A stretch of DNA of 64,000 nucleotides from Nitrospirota bacterium (GTDB lineage: Bacteria; UBA2233): assembly GCA_011620345.1 (NCBI GenBank), contig WOZJ01000050.1:1-64000 (forward strand), in the 5' to 3' direction. The notes beneath the pieces were generated by a model, which worked only from the letters and a program-made list of their open reading frames with translations, was not told the origin of the DNA and searched no databases. The position numbers and the translations under genes are program-made. This document shows positions 8,784-18,008 of this stretch, piece after piece. The first letter of the stretch is position 1. Every line of letters begins with the position of its first letter.

Positions 8784-10159
8784 AAGAAGCCCAAGAAGAT
8801 GACCTGTTCGCGCTTGAAGCGAGGTATTGTTCGTACGGGGATACGGTGCATTACACCAAAAACCCTAAGCTATTTACCGCGTGCGAAGGGAGCTACGTGT
8901 TTGACGCCTCCATCACCCCCTTCTTGGACCTCAACATGCAAAACGCGGCCGCTAGCTTGGGCTACAAGCACCCAAGGCTCATTGCCACGCTTAAAAACCA
9001 GCTGGATGTGCTCCCACAGTTGGCAAGCCAGTTCTTGCACAAAGAAAAGATCCTTTTGGCCAAGGGGCTCTGCGAGCAGGCCGAGCGGGCCTTCGGCAGG
9101 TTTGGCCGGGTGCATTTCAACGTAGGCGGGGCCCAGGCGATCGAAGATGCCTTGAAGCTCATCCGGCGGAACACCGAAAACCCCCTCATGTTCGCCTTCA
9201 TGGGCGGCTACCACGGCAGAACGCTCGGGGCGACCGCCATTACCTCGAGCTACCGCTACCGGGAAGGGTTGGGTCCGTTTCCCTACAGGGCGCTCTTTAT
9301 CCCTTACCCCTACTGCTTCCGGTGCTACTACGAAAAAAAGGCGGAAGACTGCGGGCTTTACTGCGTCCGGATGTTCGAAAAGCTCTTCGAGTCCGAGTAC
9401 TACGGCGCCTACAACCCAAAGACGGGGCGGTCCGAGTTTGCCGCCTTCTTTGGCGAGCCGCTCCAGGGGACGGGGGGCTACATCGTCCCTCCCAAAGACT
9501 ACTTCCCCGAGCTCGCCCGCATCCTGAAGACACACGGGGTTTTGTTCGTAGACGACGAGGTCCAAATGGGGTTTATGCGGACAGGCCGGCTTTTCGCCAT
9601 GGAGCACTTCGGCGCGAGCCCGGACATCGTGACGTTTTCCAAGGCACTCACCGGAGGCTTGAACCCTCTGTCCGGCCTATGGGCGGATGAAGCGCTCATC
9701 GGCCCAGAGCGTTTTGGCCCGGGCTCGACGCACTCTACGTTTTCTTCCAATACGCTAGGGACGGTGCTCGGCCTTGAGGTTCTCAAGATTTTCGAGGAAA
9801 ACCCAGCCTTTGGAGACCAGGTGCTCAAAAAGGGACGCAAGTTTTTGGATGGGCTCAAAACGATCACGCGCCCTTACAAGATGGTCGGCAATGTCGACGG
9901 GCTCGGGCTTGCCTTAAGGCTCGAGATTTGCCAAGAGGACGGCTTTACGCCAAACTATCCAATGACCCAGCGGCTCTTCGACGAGGGGCTAGAGGCGAAG
10001 CTTGAGGCAAACGGCAAGCGCTACGGGCTCGTACTGGCCGTGGGCGGCTACTTCAAGAACGTCATCACGTTGATTCCTTCCTTGCTCATCGAGGACTCGG
10101 AGATTGATTTGGCGCTTACCCTGTTCGAGCAGCTCTTTAAGGCCTGCGAGATGCGCTAG
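8780..10159 (+). CDS. Class III PLP-dependent aminotransferase
   Basis: GGYHGRT, EPLQGTGG, DDEVQMG..RTG, FSKAL (PLP lysine). ATGA overlap with the upstream gene. Confidence 0.9.
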   Translation: MKEAQEDDLFALEARYCSYGDTVHYTKNPKLFTACEGSYVFDASITPFLDLNMQNAAASLGYKHPRLIATLKNQLDVLPQLASQFLHKEKILLAKGLCEQAERAFGRFGRVHFNVGGAQAIEDALKLIRRNTENPLMFAFMGGYHGRTLGATAITSSYRYREGLGPFPYRALFIPYPYCFRCYYEKKAEDCGLYCVRMFEKLFESEYYGAYNPKTGRSEFAAFFGEPLQGTGGYIVPPKDYFPELARILKTHGVLFVDDEVQMGFMRTGRLFAMEHFGASPDIVTFSKALTGGLNPLSGLWADEALIGPERFGPGSTHSTFSSNTLGTVLGLEVLKIFEENPAFGDQVLKKGRKFLDGLKTITRPYKMVGNVDGLGLALRLEICQEDGFTPNYPMTQRLFDEGLEAKLEANGKRYGLVLAVGGYFKNVITLIPSLLIEDSEIDLALTLFEQLFKACEMR

Positions 10160-10160
10160 G

Positions 10161-11003
10161 ATGCAGACCACTCAAGGAATCACATACAAGTCGGGCAAGG
10201 GAAAGGGAGTGTTTCTTGGGGTTCACGGCATGGCAGGCTCGCCCAAAGAGTTAGAATTCTTGGCCAAGAGGCTTCGCGATGCGGGCATTGGCTGCGACGT
10301 TCCGACCCTTCCTGGACACGGAACCACCATGGACGACCTCAAGCGTCTTCGCTGGCAGGAATGGGTCGATTTCCTCGAGGAGCGCCTGCTTGCGCTAGGA
10401 AAGGATCACGAGCCGGTGTTTGTCGGAGGGCTTTGCTCTGGCGCGCTCCTAGCGCTCGCCCTGACGCTTCGCCAGCCTAATCGCATCCGAGGGCTCGTTT
10501 TGTATTCCACCGCGCTTTTTTACGACGGATGGAACCTCCCCAAATGGGGGAGGCTTTTTTTGTACGCCGCATTCTTCACGCCCATCGGATGGCACAGGGG
10601 CTTCCATACAGACAGGCCTCCTTACGGGGTGAAAGACAAGCGCCTTCAGGGGGTTATCGCCTCGATGTATGCGCGTATGGATTCCAAAAGTCAGGCGACG
10701 ACGCTTGGTTACACCGAGATTCCAGCCGCTACTTTCCATGAGATGCATAAGCTAAGAAACCACGTCAAGCGGCACTTGGGCGAGATTCACACCCCGACGC
10801 TTCTTTTACACTCTCTCGAGGACGACCTAACGAGCGCCAAGAGCTCGAAGTTTGTCCTCGAGCGCCTTGGTTCTTCCCAAAAAAGGCTCATCTTGCTCGA
10901 AGACTGCTACCACCTGATCACCGTCGACAAAAAAAAGCGTGAAGTTGCCGATCAAACTGTCTCGTTCTTGGAAGAGCTCATCCAAAGCAAGGTAATCTGC
11001 TAA
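10161..11003 (+). CDS. Alpha/beta hydrolase (carboxylesterase-like) with a GxCxG nucleophile elbow
   Basis: HGMAGSP, LPGHG, GLCSG, EDD, CYH. Confidence 0.85.
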   Translation: MQTTQGITYKSGKGKGVFLGVHGMAGSPKELEFLAKRLRDAGIGCDVPTLPGHGTTMDDLKRLRWQEWVDFLEERLLALGKDHEPVFVGGLCSGALLALALTLRQPNRIRGLVLYSTALFYDGWNLPKWGRLFLYAAFFTPIGWHRGFHTDRPPYGVKDKRLQGVIASMYARMDSKSQATTLGYTEIPAATFHEMHKLRNHVKRHLGEIHTPTLLLHSLEDDLTSAKSSKFVLERLGSSQKRLILLEDCYHLITVDKKKREVADQTVSFLEELIQSKVIC

Positions 11004-11017
11004 CCAAAAGGCCGCCC

Positions 11018-12016
11018 ATGGGACCCCTCAATCCGGGCAAGCTGCCCCACGGCCTGCTTGAAAAACTCATCGGTCTAAGGGGCGCAGAAGACCCACGGGT
11101 TTTCATAGGCCCGAAGCTGGGCGAGGACTGTGCCGTAATCGATTTGGGCGATGCCTTCTTGGTCCTTAAAGCCGACCCGGTCACGTTCGTTACGGGCAGG
11201 GCGGGGGCCTACGCCGTCCACGTCAACGCCAACGACGTGGCCAGCATGGGGGCAAGGCCGCGCTGGTTCGAAGCGGTTCTCCTATGCCCAGCGGGAACAG
11301 GCAAAAAAGAAGTGCAGGGGCTGTTTGCCCAGATTGACGAGACTGCAAGGGCCTTGGACATCGCCGTCGTCGGCGGCCATACCGAAATCACGCCGGCAGT
11401 CGCGCACCCCGTTGTCGTCGGTAGCATGCAAGGGCTCGTGGCCAAAAATAGGCTCGTGACCTCTTCGGGGGTTCGCCCGGGGGACTTCATCGTCATGACC
11501 AAGGTTGCCGGGCTTGAGGGAACGGCCGTTCTCTTGCAAGAAAAGCCCCAGGAGGCCGCCCGCGCCCTGGGCCAGGAAGGATTGGCGGAGGCAAGGCGCC
11601 TTGTAGGGACGCTTGGAATCTCGGTCGTTCAGGAAGCGCTCATGGCTGCAGAGCACGGCGTTCACGCCATGCACGACGTGACCGAGGGCGGGGTCGCAAC
11701 CGCGCTGTTCGAGCTTGCGTATGCCTCTAGCGTGCATATTCTCGTGAACCCGGAGGCTATCCCCGTGCTCGATGCGACCAGGCAACTGTGCGCGCATTTT
11801 GGAATCGAACCGATGGGGCTTCTGGGCTCGGGCGGGCTCTTGATCGCCCTGTCCAAACAAGACTTGCCCAAGGTTCAAGAGGCCTTCAGGGTACGGGGGT
11901 TCCTTGCCAAGCTGATTGGGGAGGCGAGCGAAGGCGAGGGGGTGTATGCGCTTCGGGGCAACAAGAAGGTCTCCTTACCCATCTACGAGCAAGACGAGCT
12001 CACGAAGGTGCTCTAG
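11018..12016 (+). CDS. AIR synthase-related (HypE/ThiL-like) protein
   Basis: GEDCAV, DP, VNANDVA..GA.P, GGHTE, MHDVTEGG. Confidence 0.85.
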   Translation: MGPLNPGKLPHGLLEKLIGLRGAEDPRVFIGPKLGEDCAVIDLGDAFLVLKADPVTFVTGRAGAYAVHVNANDVASMGARPRWFEAVLLCPAGTGKKEVQGLFAQIDETARALDIAVVGGHTEITPAVAHPVVVGSMQGLVAKNRLVTSSGVRPGDFIVMTKVAGLEGTAVLLQEKPQEAARALGQEGLAEARRLVGTLGISVVQEALMAAEHGVHAMHDVTEGGVATALFELAYASSVHILVNPEAIPVLDATRQLCAHFGIEPMGLLGSGGLLIALSKQDLPKVQEAFRVRGFLAKLIGEASEGEGVYALRGNKKVSLPIYEQDELTKVL

Positions 12017-12489
12017 AGCGCACGGATTTTTTCAACAAGGGACGAGGTGGAAAGCCCAGGGACTAAAGGTAGGCGAACCACCTTGCCTCCGTAGCCTTCT
12101 ACAAAATTTTCCCCCACGATTGCGCCCTCGCCCCAGTCTGCCCCCTTGATCAGGACATCGGGCCGAACGGTTTGAATCAGGCGGAACGGGGTAGGTTCCG
12201 AGAAAAGGACGACGAAATCCACGCACTCCAGGTGGGCGAGCAGCATAGCCCTTTGGTCGGCTTGAAGGATGGGTCTTTTAGGGCCTTTTAGCAGGCGGAC
12301 GCTCTCGTCGTCGTTTAGGCCCACAACGAGCCTATCGCCCAGCGCCCTAGCGTCTACAAGCAGGCGAACGTGCCCAGGGTGCAGCAAATCGAAGCAGCCG
12401 TTCGTGAACACAACCCGAAGATTTTCTTGCCTCAGCTTCTCTAGGGAGGCCAAAAGGGCCTCGAGCGCCATGACCTTCTCAAACCCCAT
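12013..12489 (-). CDS. rfaE2: D-glycero-beta-D-manno-heptose 1-phosphate adenylyltransferase (RfaE domain II)
   Basis: VFTNGCFDLLHPGH, GLNDD.SV..LKG..RP, PDVLIKG.DW, STS. Confidence 0.92.
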   Translation of the reverse strand: MGFEKVMALEALLASLEKLRQENLRVVFTNGCFDLLHPGHVRLLVDARALGDRLVVGLNDDESVRLLKGPKRPILQADQRAMLLAHLECVDFVVLFSEPTPFRLIQTVRPDVLIKGADWGEGAIVGENFVEGYGGKVVRLPLVPGLSTSSLVEKIRAL

Positions 12490-13273
12490 GGCTTCTTACC
12501 TCAACAACCGTGTATGGCACGCTTTGAAGGCGAACCTTGCGCCTCGCTTGGTAGACATGATCGGTATTGATTTCGGCATGGATAAAGTCATCCCGCTTGG
12601 AGGCTTTCGCGATCTCCTGTCCGAACGGGTCTAAGATGTGCGACCCGCCTAAGAACTTGTAGTCGCCGTACTCCCCCAAGTGCTTCGCGGCCACTACGAA
12701 CACCTGGTTTTCAATTGCCCGCGCCTTTAAAACAGCCTCTAGCACGCCCTCGGCCGAACTATCGCACAATGCCTCGACGATTAGCATTTTCGCGTAGTGC
12801 CTGCAGACATCCTCGATGACGTTAGGCTTGAGCGCATCGGACTCGGAGACGATGGCGAGCTTTGTCAAGGGCGTATCGATTACGGCCAGCTCCTTGCCCT
12901 GCATTAAGAACACGTCCTCTTTGAGGGTGGGGTTAAAATGCACTTTGGACGGCGCGTAGCACGTTTCCCCCGTTTTGTCGATCAGCCAGTATCCTTGCAT
13001 GTAGCCATCAACCGTCTTCTTCCAAAGGGAGTGGACAATCATAGCGCCGTTTTCTCTGGCAAACCGGGCGAGGGACGCATGGAACTCCAAGGCCTTCGGG
13101 GCAAGCAGGTTCAAGCTATCAAAGGCGAACCCTGTAGCCCACAAAGGCGGCAAGACGATCAAGTCTACCCCCAAGGCCGCAAGAACCTTCATCTTGGCCA
13201 GCACCCGGCCAAGGTTGTCCTTCTCCTTGCCCGCAACGGCCTTCATCTGGACGATGCCTACACGAAACACCAT
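12479..13273 (-). CDS. Nitrilase-fold (carbon-nitrogen hydrolase) protein lacking the catalytic Glu and Cys
   Basis: Fold motifs are present (GIVQM, DLIVLP, ARAIENQ.FVV, G.S.I.DP.G). PE has become PP and the ICYD motif reads VSESD. Confidence 0.75.
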   Translation of the reverse strand: MVFRVGIVQMKAVAGKEKDNLGRVLAKMKVLAALGVDLIVLPPLWATGFAFDSLNLLAPKALEFHASLARFARENGAMIVHSLWKKTVDGYMQGYWLIDKTGETCYAPSKVHFNPTLKEDVFLMQGKELAVIDTPLTKLAIVSESDALKPNVIEDVCRHYAKMLIVEALCDSSAEGVLEAVLKARAIENQVFVVAAKHLGEYGDYKFLGGSHILDPFGQEIAKASKRDDFIHAEINTDHVYQARRKVRLQSVPYTVVEVRSHGV

Positions 13274-13276
13274 GGG

Positions 13277-14083
13277 CTAGGACAAATGGCGGATCCCAGG
13301 ATCTCTATAGCCCCGGGGATCAATGTGAATGAAGCGGTACCCTAAGCCGTTTAGACGCTCCCGGACAGAGCGCCGCAGGCCTTCCTCCCGAAAGCGCCCG
13401 ATCTCATTCTCGCCAACCTCGAGCTTTGCCAGATTTCCAAAGTCTCGCACTCGGTACTGCACGAACCCCAGCGCTGCCAACACATCCTCGGCCTTTTCTA
13501 CGCGCTTGATGGTCTCGAGCGTGAGGCGTTTGCCCTTTGGGATCCGGGAAGCGAGGCAGGCAAAGCTCCCCTTGTTCCAGGTAGGCAGGCCAAGCTCCTT
13601 GCTTTTTTGGCGGATGTCTTGCTTGGTAAACCCGGCCTTAAGAAGCGGGTGTCCAACGTCGAACTGGGCCGCCGCCTCCATGCCGGGCCTTGTATCTTTG
13701 AGGTCGTCTACGTTCGTCCCGTCCACTACAGCGCTTAGCCCGAGCTTGTCCTTCTTTTTGGCGAGAAGTGAAAAAAGCGACCCCTTACAGTAAAAGCATC
13801 GCCTGGGACCGTTGTTGCGGTAGGCTGGGTTTTCCCACTCGGACGTGGAAACAAGCTCGTGCCGGATGCCTATGGCGCTTGCGAGCGCCTTTGCTTCTTC
13901 CAGCTCGCGTACGGCCAACGTCGGGGAAACGCCCGTAACGGCAACGGCGCGGTCGCCCAAGGAAAGAAACGCCGCGTTGGCGAGGAAAGTGGAATCAACG
14001 CCTCCGGAATAGGCGACAACAACCCCTCCCATGCTCGAGAGCTGCTCGAGCAATGCTTGCCATTTCTGTTCCACGGTATGCAC
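13277..14083 (-). CDS. larE: ATP-dependent sulfur transferase LarE
   Basis: PP-loop AYSGGVDST, RCFYCK, DGTN.DD...RPG, ACLASRIP. GTG start after GGGGAG. Confidence 0.9.
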   Translation of the reverse strand: MHTVEQKWQALLEQLSSMGGVVVAYSGGVDSTFLANAAFLSLGDRAVAVTGVSPTLAVRELEEAKALASAIGIRHELVSTSEWENPAYRNNGPRRCFYCKGSLFSLLAKKKDKLGLSAVVDGTNVDDLKDTRPGMEAAAQFDVGHPLLKAGFTKQDIRQKSKELGLPTWNKGSFACLASRIPKGKRLTLETIKRVEKAEDVLAALGFVQYRVRDFGNLAKLEVGENEIGRFREEGLRRSVRERLNGLGYRFIHIDPRGYRDPGIRHLS

Positions 14084-14230
14084 GGGTCTCTCCCCTCTCA
14101 AGGCTTTTATCCGGTGAAAAACTGCGCTAGAATATTGACATGCCAAATGGCGAGTCAGGGCACTCGACAAGGTGGCATCAATGCTTTTAGAATATCATGG
14201 CCTTGAAGAAAGGCTAAAAGCCTTCATCAC

Positions 14231-14306
14231 TCCCCGGTAGCTCAGTCGGTAGAGCGAGTGGCTGTTAACCACTTGGTCGGCGGTTCGAATCCGTCCCGGG
14301 GAGCCA
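14231..14306 (+). tRNA. tRNA-Asn (GTT)
   Basis: TCCCCGG acceptor stem pairing with CCGGGGA-G-CCA, D-arm AGCTCAGTCGGTAGAGC, anticodon loop CTGTTAA, T-loop GGTTCGAATCC. Confidence 0.98.
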
Positions 14307-14699
14307 AAAAATCATCCGCCGATTTCCCCATTCAACTCACACGTTGCACGACGGGCATATCGCCTATTCAAGAGGCGACGGCCAGGTTTTACCTTGTAGT
14401 CGTTGCCGTAGGGCTGGCTCAGAAGTCAGGGTCGCAGGCTCGAATACTCTTTTGTGGAGCAGCAGTTGACAGAGGCAATGAGGATTGATAATCTCAAAAG
14501 GAGTGTTATAATACTATATTATAAAGTAATTTAACGAGACTGTTGACCAAAATAATGTCCGTTACAATTTTAATCCCACAACATCGACGATTCTTGAAGA
14601 AGTCTGAGGCTTTGCGCATGTTTTCATAACAAGATTAAGCTTTATGAACAAACCGAGTTCAATACTCCCGCCTAGGCTCTTTAACCAAGAGGTAAAGCC

Positions 14700-15806
14700 A
14701 TGATCCCCGTAGAGAATCTCGATCAAAGAAGGTACCGCTTAGCGTACCAGGGGGATGCCAAGCAAGGGAATTCGCGTGCCCTGCCTCCTGGTGCCCTGGA
14801 AAAGCTCGAGAAGACGCTTGTCGGCAAAAGCGCCGCTATGAGGGAATTAAAGGCAAACATCCTTAAGCTTTGCCGCCACGATACGACAGTCCTAATTCAA
14901 GGAGAGAGCGGAACGGGCAAGGAGCTTGTCGCTAACATGCTCCATGCGCTGTCCCCCAGGTTTCAAAAGAAGTTTGTCGCGATCAACTGTGCGGCCATGC
15001 CCGAGCAGCTCCTTGAAGCCTTGCTGTTTGGCTACGAGAGAGGGTCGTTTACGGGCGCTGACCGCCAGACAAAAGGCTACCTGGACAATGCCAGCGGGGG
15101 GACGTTGTTCCTCGATGAAATCTCCGAGACCTCCGCCTCGCTTCAGGCAAAGCTCTTGAGAGTGTTGCAGGAGAGGGCCTTCTACAGGTTAGGCGGGCAC
15201 GAGTTAATTCCTGCGGACGTCAGAATCCTTTCTGCCACCAACATGGACCTCCGGGCGTTGGTCGACAAGGGGGAGTTTCGTTGCGATCTCTTCTACCGGC
15301 TCAATGTCGTCAAGGTTGCAACCCCACCCTTGAGGGTACGAAAAGAGGATATTCCCGAGTTGGCCTTGCACTTCTTGCAGGATGTTAGGGAGAACTTGAA
15401 CGGCGAGATTCCGGCGGTAGGTTTCTCGGATTCTGCCATGGCAATGCTGATGAACTACGTTTGGCCGGGCAATGCCAGGGAGCTTCGCAACGCCATCGAG
15501 CACGCCGCGATCTTCGCTCAGTCTGCCCTGATCGAGCCAGGGGATTTCCCCAGGCTGAATGAGGACGACAGGGCCACAATGAAAACACGAGGTTTTTCTT
15601 CAGAAAGGTCGGGTGTCTCTGTTGAGGGCTTAACCGCGGTCGATTTGCGCGAAGCACGCAGACGATTCGAGGAAGACTATTTCCTGGAGCTTTACCGCAA
15701 GACCGGTCACGACCTGAAGGAGGTTGCTAGGCGGGCCGGCGTGGACTTGGCGACCGTCTACCGGAAGTTTGGCTACCTGAGAAAAGCGGATCCCGCTAAC
15801 GAATAA
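14700..15806 (+). CDS. Sigma54-dependent enhancer-binding protein (AAA+ and HTH) lacking an N-terminal sensor domain
   Basis: GESGTGKE, INCAA, GSFTGA, LFLDEI, DLFYRL, WPGN.REL, C-terminal HTH (VARRAGVDLATVYRK). Only about 37 aa precede the AAA+ domain. Confidence 0.93.
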   Translation: MIPVENLDQRRYRLAYQGDAKQGNSRALPPGALEKLEKTLVGKSAAMRELKANILKLCRHDTTVLIQGESGTGKELVANMLHALSPRFQKKFVAINCAAMPEQLLEALLFGYERGSFTGADRQTKGYLDNASGGTLFLDEISETSASLQAKLLRVLQERAFYRLGGHELIPADVRILSATNMDLRALVDKGEFRCDLFYRLNVVKVATPPLRVRKEDIPELALHFLQDVRENLNGEIPAVGFSDSAMAMLMNYVWPGNARELRNAIEHAAIFAQSALIEPGDFPRLNEDDRATMKTRGFSSERSGVSVEGLTAVDLREARRRFEEDYFLELYRKTGHDLKEVARRAGVDLATVYRKFGYLRKADPANE

Positions 15807-15825
15807 CCGGGAGAGGCAAGTCCTT

Positions 15826-17442
15826 ATGGACTCCAGGTATCAGTGCACAGGGATACGTCCCGAGAGGTCGTTGCAGCGCCATAATGGGAGCATGCGTATC
15901 CTATTAGGAGCCATTGAGCTCCATGCCAAGAACAACCCAAACAAGGTGATGCTGGCCACAGAAGGGACCCGTGTAACATACAAAGAATGTTTTGAAAAAA
16001 TAGGCAGGCTTTCTGCCGCGCTCGAAGGTATTGGTCTTAAGATGGGTGAGAGGCTTGCCTTGGTCCTTCAGAACCAACGCGAGTTTATCGAAAGCTATCT
16101 CGCCTGCATGTTTATGGGCGTGATTCCCGTAGTTATCGGCGAAAGGACATTGGGCGAGGATATTGCAGGCATCCTTGCCAGCACGAAGCCAAAAGCCCTT
16201 ATTGTCGGCCGGTCGCGGTGCTCCTTTGTCAAAGACGCGTGCAGACGGGCGGGCCTGAAAGAAGGTGCGTATTGCGGCGTTGTAACCGGCGATCAGCAAG
16301 TAGACGGCTTCGTGGCCTACGAAAGGCTCTTATCCCGTTATGCCCCCTGCAAGGATCCCCTTACGCAGGGGGGTGCCGTTCCTCTCTTCTATACGGCCGG
16401 CACGACGGGGACACCAAAGGGGGTTTACAGGACGAGCTGGAACGAGGGACTGGTTTCATTTATTCTGTCTTCACTCGTTGAGTTTGGTTTTCATTCCCAG
16501 GAGCGCCATTTGGTACTCTGTCCGCTCTACCACAGCGCGCCGTTCTTCTTTTCCATGCTTACTCTGGCGATCGGCGGGACGCTCACGCTCTTGCCCCGCT
16601 TCGAGCCTGCTTTATTCCTAGAGCTCCTTAGAAAAGAGCGCATTACCAGCGCCTACGTACACCCGAACATGCTTACCGGGCTTCTTTCCCTCCCTGAAAA
16701 GCTAAAGCGCGCCTACAAAGACCTTCCCGACCTTCGTATTATCATCTGTGCTGGCGCCCCGCTCTTCCCGGAGACCAAAGAAGGCGTCATCAACTGGCTG
16801 GGCGATAAGCTCTCAGAGTTCTACGGCTCGACGGAGGCCGGGATCAACCTCTACATGCCCCCAGGCGAGATGCGCCGACACATCACGGCCTGCGGCAGGC
16901 CCTTCCCCGGCAACGAGCTCAAGATTATAGACGAGAACGGCAACGAGTGTCCCCCCGGCGTGCCAGGCAGCCTGTTCATCAGGAACCCATGGATGGCTGA
17001 TGCCTACTACAAGGACGAAGAGTCCACAAGGAAGGCCTTCAAGGATGGGTTCGCCCAGTTTGGAGACTTGATGGTCAAGGACCAAGAAGGCTACTACGCG
17101 TTCATCGAGCACGAATCCAATGTCGTTTCTTTGTCCAAGGGAGACGTGTATCCGTACGAAATCGAGCGGGCTCTTCGCCTTCATCCGGGAGTCCTGGATG
17201 CGGCCGTTTTTGGGGTTCCGGGTTTAAAGCAAACGCAGCGGGTGGTGGCCTTCGTTGTCCTAAAGCCTGGCGTAGCGGTGAGCGAAGGGGATCTGTTGGC
17301 TTTCCTGGGTGAGCGGCTTGAGGGCTTTAAAGTCCCGCAAGAGGTCGTCTTTGTGCAAGAGGTCCCAAGAAACCCTGAAGGGAAGGCTCTCAAAAACAAA
17401 ATGCGGCAGTCATGGCTTGAGATGTGTACTGGACTTACATAG
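15826..17442 (+). CDS. Acyl-CoA ligase paralog A (AMP-binding) with degenerate A8 hinge
   Basis: YTAGTTGTPKG, PLYHSAP, YGSTE, GD, PRNPEGK. The hinge reads IEHESNVVSLSKGDVYP instead of VDRKSDMVISGGVNVYP. The start could be 15892. Confidence 0.85.
   Translation: MDSRYQCTGIRPERSLQRHNGSMRILLGAIELHAKNNPNKVMLATEGTRVTYKECFEKIGRLSAALEGIGLKMGERLALVLQNQREFIESYLACMFMGVIPVVIGERTLGEDIAGILASTKPKALIVGRSRCSFVKDACRRAGLKEGAYCGVVTGDQQVDGFVAYERLLSRYAPCKDPLTQGGAVPLFYTAGTTGTPKGVYRTSWNEGLVSFILSSLVEFGFHSQERHLVLCPLYHSAPFFFSMLTLAIGGTLTLLPRFEPALFLELLRKERITSAYVHPNMLTGLLSLPEKLKRAYKDLPDLRIIICAGAPLFPETKEGVINWLGDKLSEFYGSTEAGINLYMPPGEMRRHITACGRPFPGNELKIIDENGNECPPGVPGSLFIRNPWMADAYYKDEESTRKAFKDGFAQFGDLMVKDQEGYYAFIEHESNVVSLSKGDVYPYEIERALRLHPGVLDAAVFGVPGLKQTQRVVAFVVLKPGVAVSEGDLLAFLGERLEGFKVPQEVVFVQEVPRNPEGKALKNKMRQSWLEMCTGLT
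16713..16967 (+). repeat. 255-bp exact inverted repeat, copy 1 (inside ligase A)
   Basis: CTACAAAGACCTTCCCGAC...CCCGGCGTGCCAGG is the exact reverse complement of 19431-19685. The flanks are diverged. Confidence 0.95.
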
Positions 17443-17482
17443 CCTGCTTTGTGCCGCCCAAGCGCAAACCCGTTAGCCTTGA

Positions 17483-17926
17483 GTGGGAATGGCTTGGGCT
17501 AGGAGCATGAATGCCCTCGGAATATGGCGAATGCTGCCTGTAGCGTTCGTTTATGCTGGCCTGGTCGCCCTAGCGGAGCTGACCTTTGGAAACCCGGCCT
17601 TTCCAGCGGCCCTGTGGAGCTTTACGGGGCTTCCCGCTTATTCGTGGAGTGTCCCGGTTCACGCGGCCGGGTTTGTGGTCCTTTTCCTAGCAAACAGGCT
17701 TTTCTTCCGTAAGCCTTTGTATGTGCCCGCTTTGGCAAGCCTTGGCTTCTTTTTTGTTGCCGAGCTGGCCAACCTCGGCGTTTTCCGATATTTTGAGTAT
17801 ACCCAACTCGCACCCTTCGGCCCTTACGCGGCATTCCTTGCCGTTATTCTTCTCTATGCTTTTCTTTGCGCGTTTTGCAGCTTCCTGTTAAGGAAAGTCA
17901 TGGTTGCCATCCCGGTCCGGCGGTAA
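17483..17926 (+). CDS. Hypothetical integral membrane protein (about 4 TM helices)
   Basis: Four hydrophobic segments. It follows ligase A on the same strand. Confidence 0.6.
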   Translation: MGMAWARSMNALGIWRMLPVAFVYAGLVALAELTFGNPAFPAALWSFTGLPAYSWSVPVHAAGFVVLFLANRLFFRKPLYVPALASLGFFFVAELANLGVFRYFEYTQLAPFGPYAAFLAVILLYAFLCAFCSFLLRKVMVAIPVRR

Positions 17927-18008
17927 TGCCATAACCTTTCAGTCCCCATAGGGAGGGACAAGAATGTCCCGCCTATCGGTTGGCATAAGGCTAGCGCTAG
18001 CCCGGGTT

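Noticed and set aside
14410-14450. tRNA-like fragment GGTCGCAGGCTCGAAT after tRNA-Asn
   Set aside because: The T-stem does not pair, and there is no acceptor stem or 7-nt anticodon loop.
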